64,000 bases of DNA from Plasmodiophora brassicae (Eukaryota): the NCBI GenBank assembly GCA_036867785.1, contig CP145428.1, positions 496,001 through 560,000 of the forward strand. The letters run 5' to 3'. This document shows, piece by piece, positions 11,650 through 24,355 of the stretch. Position 1 is the stretch's first letter, and every line of letters begins with the position of its first letter. A program made the position numbers and the translations under genes. The notes under the pieces were generated by a model that was given only the letters and a program-made list of their open reading frames with translations, did not search any database and was not told where the DNA came from.

Positions 11650-14600
11650 ATGTCGTCGGGCGGCGCCATGAGCAAGGAGTTCGTCGACCTCGTCAAGGGG
11701 ATCGGCGAGGCGAAATCGAAGGCGGAGGAGGACGCCATCGTCGTCGGCGAGATCGCCCAGCTGAAGGCGAAGATGGCGGAGCGCGGCGTGACGCCCGTCC
11801 GCATGCGCGAATTGCTGCTCCGGATGCTCTACGTCGAAATGCTCGGCCACGACGCGTCGTTCGGCCACATCCACGCCGTCAAAATGTGCCATGGCACGAA
11901 ACTCGGCGAGAAACGCGTCGGCTACCTGGCCGTGTCGATCTGCCTGCATCCGGGTTCGTGTGCGCGCCGGGGCCGACGTTCGCTCTTTCCTGACAATCGT
12001 TGCTGCCACAGAACACGAACTAATGTTGCTGCTGGTAAACACGCTGCAGAACGACCTGAAGAGTTCGAACCAACTTGAAGTCGCCATGGCCCTTATTATC
12101 GTCATCCGGCTCGGTAACTGGTTCGCCGAGGACGAAACGAAACGCAATCGCTCATTGCGATTCGTACAGTCAACAAGGAGCTTCTTCGTGCGCTGCTTCC
12201 GCTGGTCGTGAAGGCAGTGGATCACGCACAGCCAAACGTGAGGAAGAAGGCGGTTGCCGCCCTGCATCGATGCCATCAGATCAACCCGGCGGCGATCGAG
12301 GAGTACTTGCCCAAGGTGCAGCGCGTTCTGTGCGACAAGGACCCGTCGGTGATGGGCGCCGTGCTCCCGTTCCTCCACGACCTGGCGCTGGCCGACCCCG
12401 GCCCGTTGAAATCGATCGTCCCCAGCCTGGTCAGCATCCTGAAGCAGGTCGTCGAGCATCGCCTGCCCAGGGACTACGACTACAGGCGGCTTCCTGCCCC
12501 ATGGATTCAGATCAAGCTGATTCAGGTCGGTCCCGTGTGGGGTGTGGCGCTTTACGCGGGTGTCCCAATGTCGGGCAGGTTCTTGGGAACATTGGCGTCG
12601 GCGATAAGGCGGCGAGTCAGGGCATGTACGAGCTCCTGCTTGACGTCATGAAGCGGGCCGACACGGGCATCAACATCGGGTACGCCGTCATCTACGAATG
12701 CGTCCGTACGGCGACGAGGATCTACCCGAACGTGGCCCTGCTGGACGAGGCCGCCAAGTGCGTGTCGCGCTTCATCACCAGCGAGTACCACAACCGCAAG
12801 TACCTGGGCATCGACGCGCTGGCCTCCATCGTCCGCATCGACACAAAGTACGCCACCGAGCACCAGCTCGTCGTCATCGACTGCCTCGACAGCCAGGACG
12901 AAACGCTGCGCCGCAAGACGCTGGACCTCCTGTTCCAGATGTCCAATGCGCACAACGTCGTCGTCATTGTCGAAAACATGATCCGGTTCTTAACCGCCCC
13001 GGGCAGCGACGTGTTCCTGCGAACCAGCCTCGTCAATCGCATCGCCCAACTCGCCGAACAGTTCGCCCCGAACCCGACCTGGTCAGTGTCGCTCCCGTAG
13101 TCGCATCTGCTATTCGTGGCGCGCGCGCGCTCAGTGCCGACTTCAAAGGTACCTGGATACGTTCAACCTCTTGTTTGAGGTTTGCGGCGACCTTGTCCCG
13201 TACGAGCTGGCGCACAACATCTTCCGCCTACTCTCGTCAAGGGAGCAGGTACTGAAGCGGATCCATGCGCGTTATGGTATCTCGCTGACGAGCTGTCCAG
13301 GATGATGAACTGGCCGGGTACGCTGTGAAGACCTACGCCGCCAAGCTTCACAACTGGACGGCGGTGGCCGAATCGCACCATGACCACCTGGCCCGCGTGA
13401 TTGCGTTCGTGCTGGGCGAGTTCGCCTCCGGGGAACGTGTCGACGGACCGGAAGGCGAGCAGCAGGTGATGCACGACCTGTGCCGCCTGCTGGACCTCGT
13501 TGACGACAGGGAAGGCGTCACGCGGGCCTGGATCCTCGCCGCCCTGGTCAAGTGTGTCGCCCGGCGCACAGCGCCCGTCTCCCAGCAGGTCTTCGCCGCG
13601 CTGGACCGCTACCAGAAGTCTGTGTCCGTCGACCTTCAGCAGCGAAGCCACGAGCTGTTCACGTTGTGCCAAATGTCAACGTCGCTGCTCGGCAAGGTCG
13701 TCCCACCGCTGCAGTCGTTCCGGTCGTCCCAGATCGACGCGAAGCTCTCGTTCCTCGACGGGTACGTTTCCAAGGCGCGTGCCGCGGGTGCTCGACCGTA
13801 CGAGCGCCCGGAACCCGTCGCCGAAGACGCGTCCGCGGGCGGCGACCACCTCAATGTCACGCCGTACGCCCCTGGCCTGCCGCTCAGGTCGTTTGCTCGT
13901 GGCGCGGATACGATCGCGCAAGCGGCCCTGGCATCGCCGCCGTCGACAGCGCCTGCCGAAGACCCGGTGGCATCGGACGGCGGGCTCCGATTGTCGGGCG
14001 TGACGCGCAAGTGGGGTCCAGGCGGGTTCCAAGCCGTGTCCGCAACGTCGTCTGCCGCACCACCGAAACCGCCACCAGCTGAGCATCAGGTCAGGCCGGG
14101 CAGTCCCGAATCGCGACCGGTAGGCAGTGTGCGAACGATGCCGTGCTCGTCGTGTCGCTGACTGCGTCGTAGGCGGAGGCGACATCCGTTGTTTCGCCAA
14201 CGAGGCCTCAGCCGCCGAAAGCCGCGACCCAGGAGGTTAGCGAGAAGGAGAAACGCGCGGCTCTCCTGTTCGGTGGAGCGTCCGCTCGTGCGTCGTCGGT
14301 GCGCTCCGAGTTCAACGCCCCCGCTGTAGGGTGGACCCGACCATCTCGCCGTGGTACCTTTCCGTTGACTCTGGCGCAGCAACCGCGACCGCCGACGCCG
14401 CTGAAGGCGGACGTGTCGCCGCCCAAGCCGAAGCAGGCCGACTCGATCGTGGACCTGCTGGACCTCGGGTCGATTTCTGTGCCAGGGTCATCGTCGGGGT
14501 CAAACGCGCGTTCGCGTTCCTGACACAACGGTTGCGCTGACGTCGCTGATCAGGCCACTGCCGCCGCCGGCGTCGGCGTCGTCATCGCTGCCCGACCTTC

Positions 14601-15537
14601 TGCAGGCGTTGGACTTTTCGGCCGCGTCGCCGCCCATCGGATCCGTGTTTACGCCCGCCCTGGAAGCGGCTCCGCATGCTGCCTGGCACGGATGGCTGAT
14701 GTCGCACGCCAGAGCGCCGTCGATGGATGCGCTGATCGGGTCGAGCGCCAGATTGCAATGCTCTGGTCTGACGGTACCCTCCCGCCGTCTGCGCTTCCCC
14801 TACTCTGTCGCGTGACGCTCCATGCCATTAGGTCCTCGACGATAACGCAACGCTGTACGCGGTCATCATCCGGAACGTGTCGGCGTCTCCCGTTCAGCAA
14901 GTACCTGTGCGGGTGGCCTCGCCGTCCGGCCTGCCGTTGTCGGTGGAGCGGTGGAGCGGGCCGGCGCTGAACGCTGGGCAACCTGCAAGGCCGGCAACGG
15001 TGCTCCCGTCCATCGCGGTGGGCGAACGGGAACTCTGCGTACGTGTGGCGCCCTCCCCATGCGCCTGCTCCTCTCACCGGCTGGCCTAATACGTAGGTGG
15101 TTCGCGTGTCGGGTGCATCGTTCGAGCCGGGTCGTGGGCACCGGCTGCAGATCACTGTCGATGACGTGTCGGCAGTGGTCGATCTCCCGTTCCATCACTT
15201 CCTGCGACCGTTGCCGCTGGTCACTGAGCAGTTCGGTCGCCTGTGGCAGCGAGGCGAGTTCGCCAGTGGCGAAGTGCGATCCCAGGCGCGCGCGCTGGCT
15301 GCCACGGCCGCCTCCCTGTCGGCAACACTGGCGGGCGTCAACGTGCAGGTCGTGCAGACGATCAACCAGGAGACCATCGCGTCGTCGAAAGTGCTCGTGG
15401 CGGGCGCAGCGGAACCCGTCCCCGTGCTGGTCCACATCCGGCAGGGGCCCGCGTCCACTGACGTCTGCGTTCGCTGCCCACAACGAGCGCTCAGCGAATG
15501 TGTCGCACCCTGCGTCAGCAACGCCCTGTCTAATTAA
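11650..15537 (+). CDS. AP4E1: AP-4 adaptor complex subunit epsilon (multi-exon)
   Basis: [107 protein letters not shown]; Pro-rich hinge and appendage domain. Confidence 0.92.
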
Positions 15538-15669
15538 ACCGGGGGTGGGGGGCGTGCTGGCCACCACGACGACGCGTCCGTTCAACGCCGCCAGCGTTGT
15601 TCGCAATAGTCGAACGGTTGTATAAGTGGATACATCAACGTATGCGTTTCTGCTGGGTAGACCCGGCAG

Positions 15670-17098
15670 TTACTTGTCGAGCCTCTTGGCGATCTTGCTG
15701 GTGGCCTTGATGGCCGACTTGGCGTTCATGTCGATGAGGATGCGCTTCAGTTCGCCGAACGCGAACTTGACGTCCATCTTCAGGCGCGACGCGATCATGA
15801 ACACGTGGAACCGGTCGTTGGTCGACGTCTGGTTCTCGCCCTCGCCCTGGAACTTCGTGCTCGGCATCGTTTCCCGGAACTTGTTCGCCACGAACGTCAT
15901 CGCGTCCATCACCGAATTGTCGCCCTTGTAGTCCGGGAAGCACTTCTCCAGTCCCACCTTCCGGATCTTCTGCTCGAACAGGTCCTTCTTGTTCAGGAAC
16001 AGGAAGATGGGCGTCGTGGCGAACACTGGATTATTTACAACCTGTCTAAACAGCTCCAGTTCCTGCCGCGAGCCAGTCAACAACCGCGACGACGTGGCGC
16101 CAAGGTCGAATCCCCGACCTCCATCATTCGGTTCTGCTGGTCGTCCTCGAACAGGACCATATTGTACCCGGCCAGATTAACAACGAACAGGATCGCCTTG
16201 ACATCGTCAAAGAAGTGGACTGAGCAATCGGTGTCAGTCGTCGCCGCATCGGGACTGCCCATCGGTGGACTGACTCCATTTCTTGCGTTCGTTACGCTGC
16301 CCGCCGACGTCGATTACTCTCCAGTGAATGGTCTTGTCCCATCTGAGCGTCCGTCAGCGTCGACAGCCGACAGCGACGTTTCACGCGAGGCGCGCGTTAC
16401 TCGTGTTTCGACTCCTGGTTGGGCTGGTCGAACTCGGTCATGACCATGCCGGTGGTGCGCACGCGCGCCATGACGCAGTCCTCCTCGGTCGGCACAAAGT
16501 CGCTCTCGATGAACCGCTCGACGTTCGCAAAGTACCAGTCGACCGAGTCCAGGATCCAGAACTTGTCCCGCATGATCATGATCTCTGTCACCGCCTTCGA
16601 CCTCCACAGCTTCAGCACCTTCTGTCCCAGCTCCTGCGCCCAATGCCCGGCGATCAGTCCCAGGTCGCATCGCTCGTCGTCCGTCGCAGGGGGATCGTTA
16701 CCGGCGTCAGCGGCAGGTGTGTGTCCTCGGCTTCCATGAACACTTTGGCGGTCGCCGCGTCCTCCTCGTCGTCGAACTGCCTTCCAAACCGGACGACGGC
16801 CGTGCAGAACGCCTGGGGGAAGCGTTGGTGAAATAACGCGGTGCAGGTCAGTACCGACGGTGCCGACTTTACAGCAGTCGACGACATTGTCGAGCAAGGC
16901 CTCCCGGAACCGCGCGAGCTCCTCCTCGCTGAAGACCTTGCCCTTGTGGACCAGGCGGATCTGCTTCACGACGGTCGACTTCCCGCTTTCGCCGCTGCCG
17001 AGCACGAGGATCTTGAAATCCCACAGGGACGACATCTGCTGCTCGAGCAGCTCCCGGTCGACGGCGTTCACCGTCGTCTTTGTGCAAAGGTTGCCCAT
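15670..17098 (-). CDS. Heterotrimeric G-protein alpha subunit (multi-exon)
   Basis: MGNLC acylation motif, GSGESGKST (G1), RVRTTG (G2), DVGGQR (G3), FLNKKDL (G4). Confidence 0.95.
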
Positions 17099-17283
17099 GG
17101 CGGTGGTGGAGCGATGGCCACCGGCACAACAGCCCGTATTGCTGTCCGCCCCGACGATCGACCCGAGCAGTACGCGAATAGATATCCAATTTACGTAGGC
17201 TGGCGCGCGGCACACGTCCCCGATATTCCCTGGTACACCGGACGCTTAACGCGATTCGGTGCCATCTCTTTACTCTTCTTCCA

Positions 17284-17827
17284 TCAGTCACTGCCGTGCC
17301 GCTTGCGTTTCCCGCTTCGTCGTTGCCGCGGGCTGACGACGACGTGATCGTCCGCCGCCACGACGTCGCCTCCGCGAAGCACAGCCGCAACTCGCGCTTG
17401 ATCGCTGTCGGACAGGGCGCCCATCCCCGCTAACTGATCTGGGCGGCGCACCACCTCCCAGGACGCGTTCGTCGTCTTGAACCGGCCCGCGTCCGTCGTC
17501 TGCGCGCCGACGAAGCACCTGCAAGCACGTCAACGGCCACCCAAGTACAAAGGCCGGACCCGCTGGTCCATACTGGAGATGCCATCGGCCACAGGCGTCG
17601 GCAGCCCCCGTTCGTTTCTCCAGGAAGCATTTCCGGCCGCACACGATGTGCCGGATCCGGATGTCGTCCTTGGGGATGGGCCGGCGACATCCCCGGCACG
17701 TCGCCCGACCCGACGTGCTGTACTCGACGCAGAACAGCTGCCCACGCCGCTCGTATTCTTTGTAGGCCGCATGGCGGTCCGCTTTCGACAAGGCGCCTAG
17801 CGTTTGCACAGCTTCGTCCGTCGTCAT
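17284..17827 (-). CDS. Small PARP-type zinc-finger protein; exons 17827-17574 and 17518-17284
   Basis: VEYSTSGRATCRGCRRPIPKDDIRI...WHLQC, with the last Cys restored by splicing a 55-bp intron; basic C-terminus RRSGKRKR. Confidence 0.82.
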
Positions 17828-17935
17828 ATCTGTAGGGCGCAATCTGCACCGGCGTGGACGTCGTCCGTCTCCCGGGCCCGTTGTTCCTCCTCCGTTCGTC
17901 AGACGTGCGACTCCGGTCTTGTCAGCCTGTCATAG

Positions 17936-17972
17936 TGTAGACCGGACCGCCCAACTAGGCCACGAAAGCAGC
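17936..17972 (-). repeat. ~37-bp dispersed motif (GCTGCTTTCGTGGCCTAGTTGGGCGGTCCGGTCTACA), copy 1 of 4
   Basis: Its reverse complement matches the copies at 52881-52917, 53430-53470 and 53550-53587. Confidence 0.85.
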
Positions 17973-19758
17973 TGTGACGCCTCCGTTCCCGTCTGCTGGG
18001 GGAGCAGCACAAATCGAGCTGCCAATGCTGACATATGTGTTCACCTGCCAAGTTCGATATTGCACCCGTAGAGAACAGAGCGCGATCTCGATGTTTCGCA
18101 GCCTCATGCCGCCCACCGCGAGCCCCAAGCTGTCTTGAAACTCGCGCCAAATCAGTTACGTGATCGCGGATACGACAGGTTGCACTGGGAAACGCTGTTT
18201 ATCTTGATGGCAGCGGAAATCCCTCAAGACGGCATGGTAATCTCAGGACAACCTCTCGCGACGGTAGACACGGTAATACAGTACGACGAGGAGCAGGTCG
18301 CAGGTGGCGCCCATGAGGTATTGGGACGCAGGTAGCGACTCGTACGGCGGACATCGGAAACCTAATCGCAAACTCGGTTCACGAACGAAGGGGACATTCG
18401 ATTACCCAACGCCCATACACAGTGACACCATGCACAAGACGCGTCCTAGAATGGTGTATGCCAAACCTTTGATGACAGGCTTATTATAACGCGGGGCGTC
18501 TCTTTGGACCATTCGACGAATTAGAACGCTCGTGAACTAATCAGGTAGGGCAGCGGGACCAGCTTACTGTACATCTGCCAGAGCTCGGGCACGAAGCCAA
18601 TAAAGGCAAGCGCGGTCGAGGCATACCTGGCACCTTGACCGGCCACGTGGTGCCAGCGCGCCGTGACGCCTGAGGACCGGGGCTCGTTGTCAGTATCACC
18701 ACAGATGACGCGTGTTCCTACCCACTAGGTAACACTGATGAAGGCCGCACCGACGGCTACCGCAGACGCCACGACAACCCCGACGCCGACCAACGCCGTC
18801 AAACACGCGATGAGCTTGCCGGAACGCACGAGGTGCATGCCTCATCCTGTCGTACAGTGCGTGCAGGATAAGGAACAGGTTGGTCGCCATAAACGTCGTT
18901 GGCAGCACTAGTCGCAGCGCCCACGACAAGCCGATGAGGTAAGCGTATAATAAATAGACCAGAGCCGACAGGTACTACCGTGTGACAATCGTCAAAATGA
19001 ACGGGCGCTGTCGTTCATGTGCGATGTTACCGCTGGCGTCCACGCGGCTGGCGACGACGAGCGCACTGGCCAGGCGAGCGCCACGCCCATGTACAACAAG
19101 GTCCATCCCGCCACACCGCAGACCGTCTCCAGGACCGGGAATGACGACGGCACGTCGCACGACGTCATTGGTCCCCGCGTGCAGCACTTGTCGACCTCGT
19201 GGAACGCTGCGTACGCGTCGCGGCTTCCCCGTATCACAACTGCGGCCCGTGCCGAACCGTCACCAGCTTGTCATCCGCCGCTGCGCGCACCCATGGGCGC
19301 CGGCTGAACACGCGGCCGCGTGTGGCTTGCATATTGCAGCCCGGCCGAATGTAAACGGGGACTTGCTGAAAAGCACATGTGATGCGATCATAACTTTCCT
19401 GTGCATGGGGTCCCAGACGTCGTTGCGCTCTTTATATCGGCCATCGTGCGGCAGTCGACCAGAGGCACTGGATATAACGGCGCCACCTGCGCCTGGATCG
19501 GAGGCCGTTATTGCTGCGACAAGTGCCTGTGCTGTTGCACCGAACAACGTCTTGCGACGGCCACACGTCGAATGCTTCGACGTTGTCGACGAGACCAGAA
19601 GCCGCGCAACGATAGCGACATGGAACGTACCGCCGAATGGTTCAAATCAAATTCTTCGCCCGCAATTCATGTTCATGACTGGTCTACCTACTTTGGAAGG
19701 CCATACACTTGTAAGGTACATTTGAAGAACGACGCGGAGAATGCCACGCAAGGGATAT

Positions 19759-21109
19759 TCAGGCATTGTTGATTACGAACGCATCAGCGAGGTCGTGAAC
19801 GCGACGCAGGCAGATCTTTTCGCTGCGTCGCGCGCGTACCGCATTTACCTGGTTGAACGTAAGCGCGTCCCGGTCCAGGATCGAGTCGTCGTCAGCGATG
19901 GTCGTCGGGAAGGCGCCCAGTTGGAGAAGAGCAGCGTCGCGGATCGCCCTTCCGATTTCGACCGTATCGGGCTCGTTCTCGTCGCCGGACAGCTCGTTAA
20001 TCACGGCGGTGATGTCGATCGGGTCGTTGAGGTCGCCTGCGACCGTTATCCATCCGTACTCGTCGACATCGATGCCGCACTCGAGAATATCGTGTTCGTG
20101 CGCCCCGATCGTGAACCCGTAATTAACCAACAGTCGCCACTCCCTTCTTCGCGGTTAGCGTAACGATAATACAACGACAGGGCGGTCTTACGTATGGTTA
20201 GAGTAGTGGTTGTGAATAGGGGAACCTTTCGCAAACGAACGCATGGTGACCATGCTGGCGTACCGGTCCTCGTCTTCCAGGTCGTATTGCAGCTGAACGC
20301 TCTGTTGCGGTTCGTGATTCAACATGTCGCACATGGGCAGAAGGACCAAGTCGTCGTCCTCACTGGGCCCTTCGAACGCGCGCGCTGTTCCACCATATCA
20401 GTACCGCACTCTGTCCGGTTCGCCCAAGCAGCATACGTACTCGTGACCTGCGCCAACGCGAGTTTGAACTCGGCGAACGACATCCCCGGAAGGTGTTCGG
20501 AAATGCCGGCGAAGGTGTCGCGAAGCTCCTGGTCGGCATCGTCGACGACGCGACGGACGTGTCCCGACTGCAGCCATTCGAGGTCGGCCACGTCCCAGAA
20601 CAGCGGCGTGGTCATCGTCGTGGGCAGAATGTCCACGTACGCCTTCCAGGCTGGATCGTTGCGGTGGGTGACCAGAAACACGGCCATCTCATCTAAGCGC
20701 ACCTGCATGAGTCGAATCGGACGTGTAATATCGTGGAGAACGGACAGGCTTGTGGCAAATCGGGGACCTGCGCACGCAGGGTGCTGATGGTCGGGTCGGC
20801 ATCAAGAGTGTGTCCGCCGAGGACGAGGCGCTTCGGGAGCGATATGGGGGCGGCCCCGTCCGGTATATCGTCGGCACACATCGTGTCGCGGTCGCGGTCG
20901 GCGTTGACAATAGTGATATTGGTGACGATGGCGCCGTTACTGACCAGCCACGCCATCAGCGCGTCGGCTTTGTCGATCGGCGCCGATCCGGACGACGATG
21001 AATGATACGCCCAGACGGCGAACGCGACAATGACGACGACAATGTTCGCGATCGCCGCGGACCGGAACAGCGATGGCGTGCTGGTGGACGCTTTCGTTGC
21101 CGCCCCCAT
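19759..21109 (-). CDS. SET-domain lysine methyltransferase (SETD3/SETD6/Rubisco-LSMT-like) with N-terminal hydrophobic anchor, multi-exon
   Basis: LMAWLVSNG, AWKAYVDILP...TPLFW...L..LQ, SRAF...LLPMCDMLNH, LVNYGF. Confidence 0.85.
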
Positions 21110-21353
21110 GTCAGAGGTTCCCGGCGACGTATATGAACCAACTGGACAGGCTGCGCCGGCTTCGTAACGCTGCCGGCAGCTGCGAACAGATCAGACGGGT
21201 AAACAACTGGGTTGGCCAGAAGGCAGCCGTGGCACTGCACGTCACGGTTCTGTGACCGTCGCAGAGGCCCACATCTGCCTGGAGAGCGGTGCTTAGAGCG
21301 CGGTCCAACAGGGTCCAAACCGAGGTGGTCACAGATCTATGACTGGTTGCAGA

Positions 21354-21424
21354 CCTCGGTTTGAGCTCGGTTTTGAAACCGACCTCGGCGAGCTCGGTTT
21401 GAGCTCGGTTTGCAAACCGAGCTC
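21354..21424. repeat. Subterminal cluster of (GA)GCTCGGTTT repeats, direct and inverted
   Basis: gagctcggttt recurs several times and aaaccgagctc is the inverted copy, just inside the Harbinger left end. Confidence 0.8.
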
Positions 21425-22719
21425 ACAGAGGCTGCTGTTTCTGTAACGATGTTGGCACCGATATATATGAAATATCTACCTCCACACTCGACATTCATCA
21501 AGTTTTTGGTTAGCTCTTGCAGAATGGAGGACGAAACTGTCATCGTCGTGGCGGCGACGATGCTGATTCTGTTACTGCTCGTTGTTGAGGAGCTCGATGG
21601 CCGTTCTGTTAGGCGTCCTAACGCCGAAAAGATAACTGTCCATTCGGATTTCTACGTGCAGTTTAGGCGGCAGAACTCTCCTGTGCGTATATATCGTCTG
21701 AAGAAATTGCTCTTCCTTATCCTACGTGACTGTAGACAAAATTTAAAGAAGTTGTGCGATGCACGCCCGAGGCGTTTGAATACCTCGTCAAATTTATACA
21801 GCCCAAATACGACGAGCTGTTCCAGCCCAACTACCAGCATTCCACATGCGCTTACCCATTTTCTCAGCGCTTGGCGGTCTAACTGGCTTATCTTGGCAAA
21901 GGCACCGGTAAGGAAGGTGCAGGAATCAGTGGTGCTGCCTGTCTGTTGGGCATGTCGAAGTCTGCTGCGATCCGCTACTGTGCTGAAATGGAAACTGCAA
22001 TATGCAGCTTGGCCAGTGAGGTCATTCGTCCGCCATCCGTCGACGACAGCGCTGGGTGGCGCAGAATCGTCAATGGCTTCTACAAGTTCCCGAACACATG
22101 TGGCCTGGTTGACGGTAGTCTGATAAAAGTGAACCGGTTCATGGACTGCGAGGTAAGGGAACCGTTTGGCGGGTTAATCTGCTCGGTGACAAGTATGATA
22201 GGGATTCTATTGCCACAACTTCTACCCGGTTTACAACCTTCTTGCCATTGTCGACGATCGACGCAGATTCATGGACATCTGCATACGTCCAGGGTCGGCC
22301 AACGATCAGAGGATGTGGAACTTGTCGGGGTTTGCACGTTCCATCGATCAGCGCATTCCTTCCGGTGTGCACATCTTGGGAGACGCTGGATTCAAGCTGT
22401 ATCCCTGGCTGATGGTGCCGTATGATCAACGGGGAAACTATTCTTTGACTCCAGCCGATCGCACGTGCGGGGATGTCGTCCTGTACATATATCCAGATGG
22501 AAGAATGAATGACTGGATTCAATAGGTTTAACTTTCGTTTGTCGTCATGTCGAATGGGGGTCGAGATCGCTTTCGGTTGGTTAAAAGGGCGCTTTCACGT
22601 TCTTCGGGGCAACCTGGACCGCAATTCACATGGACAGAACGTCAAGATGATCATGGCATGTTGTATCTTGCATAACTTGCTGATCGAAGCCAACGACCTG
22701 GAGTTCCGCGGCCAATCAG

Positions 22720-22909
22720 ACGAGTTGCGCAAGGATTGGGAAGAGTGCCAGAAGAAGCGCAGCACAAAGTTGAAGCTGTCTAATCCGCAAGAACGAACAG
22801 ATGCCGAGTTGGAGCTAGCAGTCCGCATCTGTTCGTTCTTGCGGATTAGACAGCTTCAACTTTGTGCTGCGCTTCTTCTGGCACTCTTCCCAATCCTTGC
22901 GCAACTCGT
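22720..22909. repeat. Perfect 85-bp inverted repeat with 20-nt loop (22720-22804 / 22825-22909)
   Basis: acgagttgcgcaagg...gaacagatgc is followed by gcatctgttc...gcgcaactcgt. Confidence 0.95.
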
Positions 22910-23279
22910 TCGACTATGAAGACCATGTACGCGTATTCGGCCGGAACGTGCCGCGATTCCTCACGCGAAGGCGCATCCGCCACGTACCGGCCGTCGTCGC
23001 CTACGGCACGATCCTGAGGGTGACGCTCGGGACACGCCGCGTCTTGCTCGGGCTGTTCCGCCCCCCGCAGGAAACACGCCAGGCGTTTATGGATCGCTGG
23101 ATACGGTATTGGTCGTTTTCATCCAAAATGAAATTTTCTGCGTCAGTTGACAGCCGTGGATCCAAGTATCGCGACGGCATTTTTTGGTGATGACTGGTCA
23201 GGATCGCTCCGGATCATCACCAAACTCCGTACGTCAGCCTGCGATCAGCGCGCTCAGGTTGCCAGCTGTTCGACCAGCG

Positions 23280-24353
23280 ATGGCGTCGTCTGGACCTGGG
23301 GATAGTGGATCAACCGCCAATGAGATCCTCGAAGGAGACGATCGTGTTCATGTCACACTTGACGTGATTGTGAAACCGTATGTAAGCATACAGCCGCGGA
23401 ACACGTTGTATCACGTTCTAGGCCAATTCGACGTCGAAGTGGCCACCGTTGGCGACTTTACAGACGCCGTACTTGGTCTCGTTCAAGAAAACGTAGACGG
23501 CCTGGCTCGCAAGTCATCTGACGACGACTCGACGTATATACTTGCTAAGGAGACCGTAACGTTAACGTCACTGGACCAGTTTGTTGCCATCAAACACAAC
23601 AATCACTTCTACGCCTTCCACCGTCCACATGGCGAGGATCACCGAGATCCAATGCGTACCCCAACTGTTGTGCTAACGTTCAAATTGAAGTTAGTCACTG
23701 AATGTTGTTCTTGGCATACAGGCATAACCAAGGACACGCTTAACCGCTGGAGTAAGGACGTCCCGAGTCTATTCATTTATCAGTACGGGAAAGAGCTGCG
23801 AAACGCATCGGACTTCAAGAAGTTTCAAGCGTCTGTGTTCTCGGCTCCGCAGTTGGACCGTGCTCGCGCCGCTGCCGATGAACAAGTGAGAGCGATCGAA
23901 CGCCAACTGAAGGATCACTGGGGAACGGTATATCAATCCCAGTCAGCCAACTGGCGGATTTGGGCCAGTCGCATCGCGCGCGAGCCGGTCACACGTCGAG
24001 CTGCTTTGATCGAGGATCCGCCTCCATACGAAATCGTCCACCTCTTCGAGCACTCGCCACTACAAAATGGACCGTTGCTCACGACCCTCCGGGAAGACAA
24101 TTCCACAACGCTAGCGATTCTGGACACGATGGACGATCACTTGCAAGAGTTTCAGGACTTTATCCATCGCCAGATCGAGGCGTTTCGCGACAGCGTTGGG
24201 TGCCAGATGCGGCAGATGCGCGACACCGTGCGCCGACATCGACGAGTTGCTGAGGCGCTTAGGGCTAGTCTTCATCCCGAGGAACTTCCTGATAATCTGA
24301 ACAGGCTGCAGAGGGCTCCCAATCAGAGTGATGTAGACCATGAGGATCAATAA
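23280..24353 (+). CDS. Uncharacterised protein, probable accessory ORF of the Tc1/IS630 element
   Basis: Long open frame from ATG 23280 (possible in-frame intron ~23630-23721); LDRARAA...LKDHWG..YQS..ANWRIWASRI...PPP...HLF, then coiled coil; convergent with the transposase, stops 2 bp apart. Confidence 0.7.
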   Translation: MASSGPGDSGSTANEILEGDDRVHVTLDVIVKPYVSIQPRNTLYHVLGQFDVEVATVGDFTDAVLGLVQENVDGLARKSSDDDSTYILAKETVTLTSLDQFVAIKHNNHFYAFHRPHGEDHRDPMRTPTVVLTFKLKLVTECCSWHTGITKDTLNRWSKDVPSLFIYQYGKELRNASDFKKFQASVFSAPQLDRARAAADEQVRAIERQLKDHWGTVYQSQSANWRIWASRIAREPVTRRAALIEDPPPYEIVHLFEHSPLQNGPLLTTLREDNSTTLAILDTMDDHLQEFQDFIHRQIEAFRDSVGCQMRQMRDTVRRHRRVAEALRASLHPEELPDNLNRLQRAPNQSDVDHEDQ

Positions 24354-24355
24354 AT

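Larger units (their letters stand above)
21296..22909 (+). mobile_element. PIF/Harbinger DNA transposon relic (DDE_Tnp_4 transposase pseudogene ~21523-22820)
   Basis: GLVDGSLI, PGSANDQRMW, HILGDAGF..YPWLMVPY, FNFRLSSCRMGVEIAFGWLKGRF, ACCILHN; in-frame TAA at 21880. Putative left end TTA|GAGCGCGGTCCAACAG; no right end found. Confidence 0.88.

Noticed and set aside
18696-19237. Possible small membrane protein on the minus strand
   Set aside because: Hydrophobic stretches are broken by stops and frameshifts, and no family is recognisable.
21354-21424. Short repeat cluster as a CRISPR-like array
   Set aside because: Units are ~11 bp in mixed orientation with no unique spacers; they fit transposon subterminal repeats.
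23280-24353. Fanzor/TnpB nuclease beside the IS630-like transposase
   Set aside because: No RuvC D-E-D motifs or CxxC zinc finger are visible.
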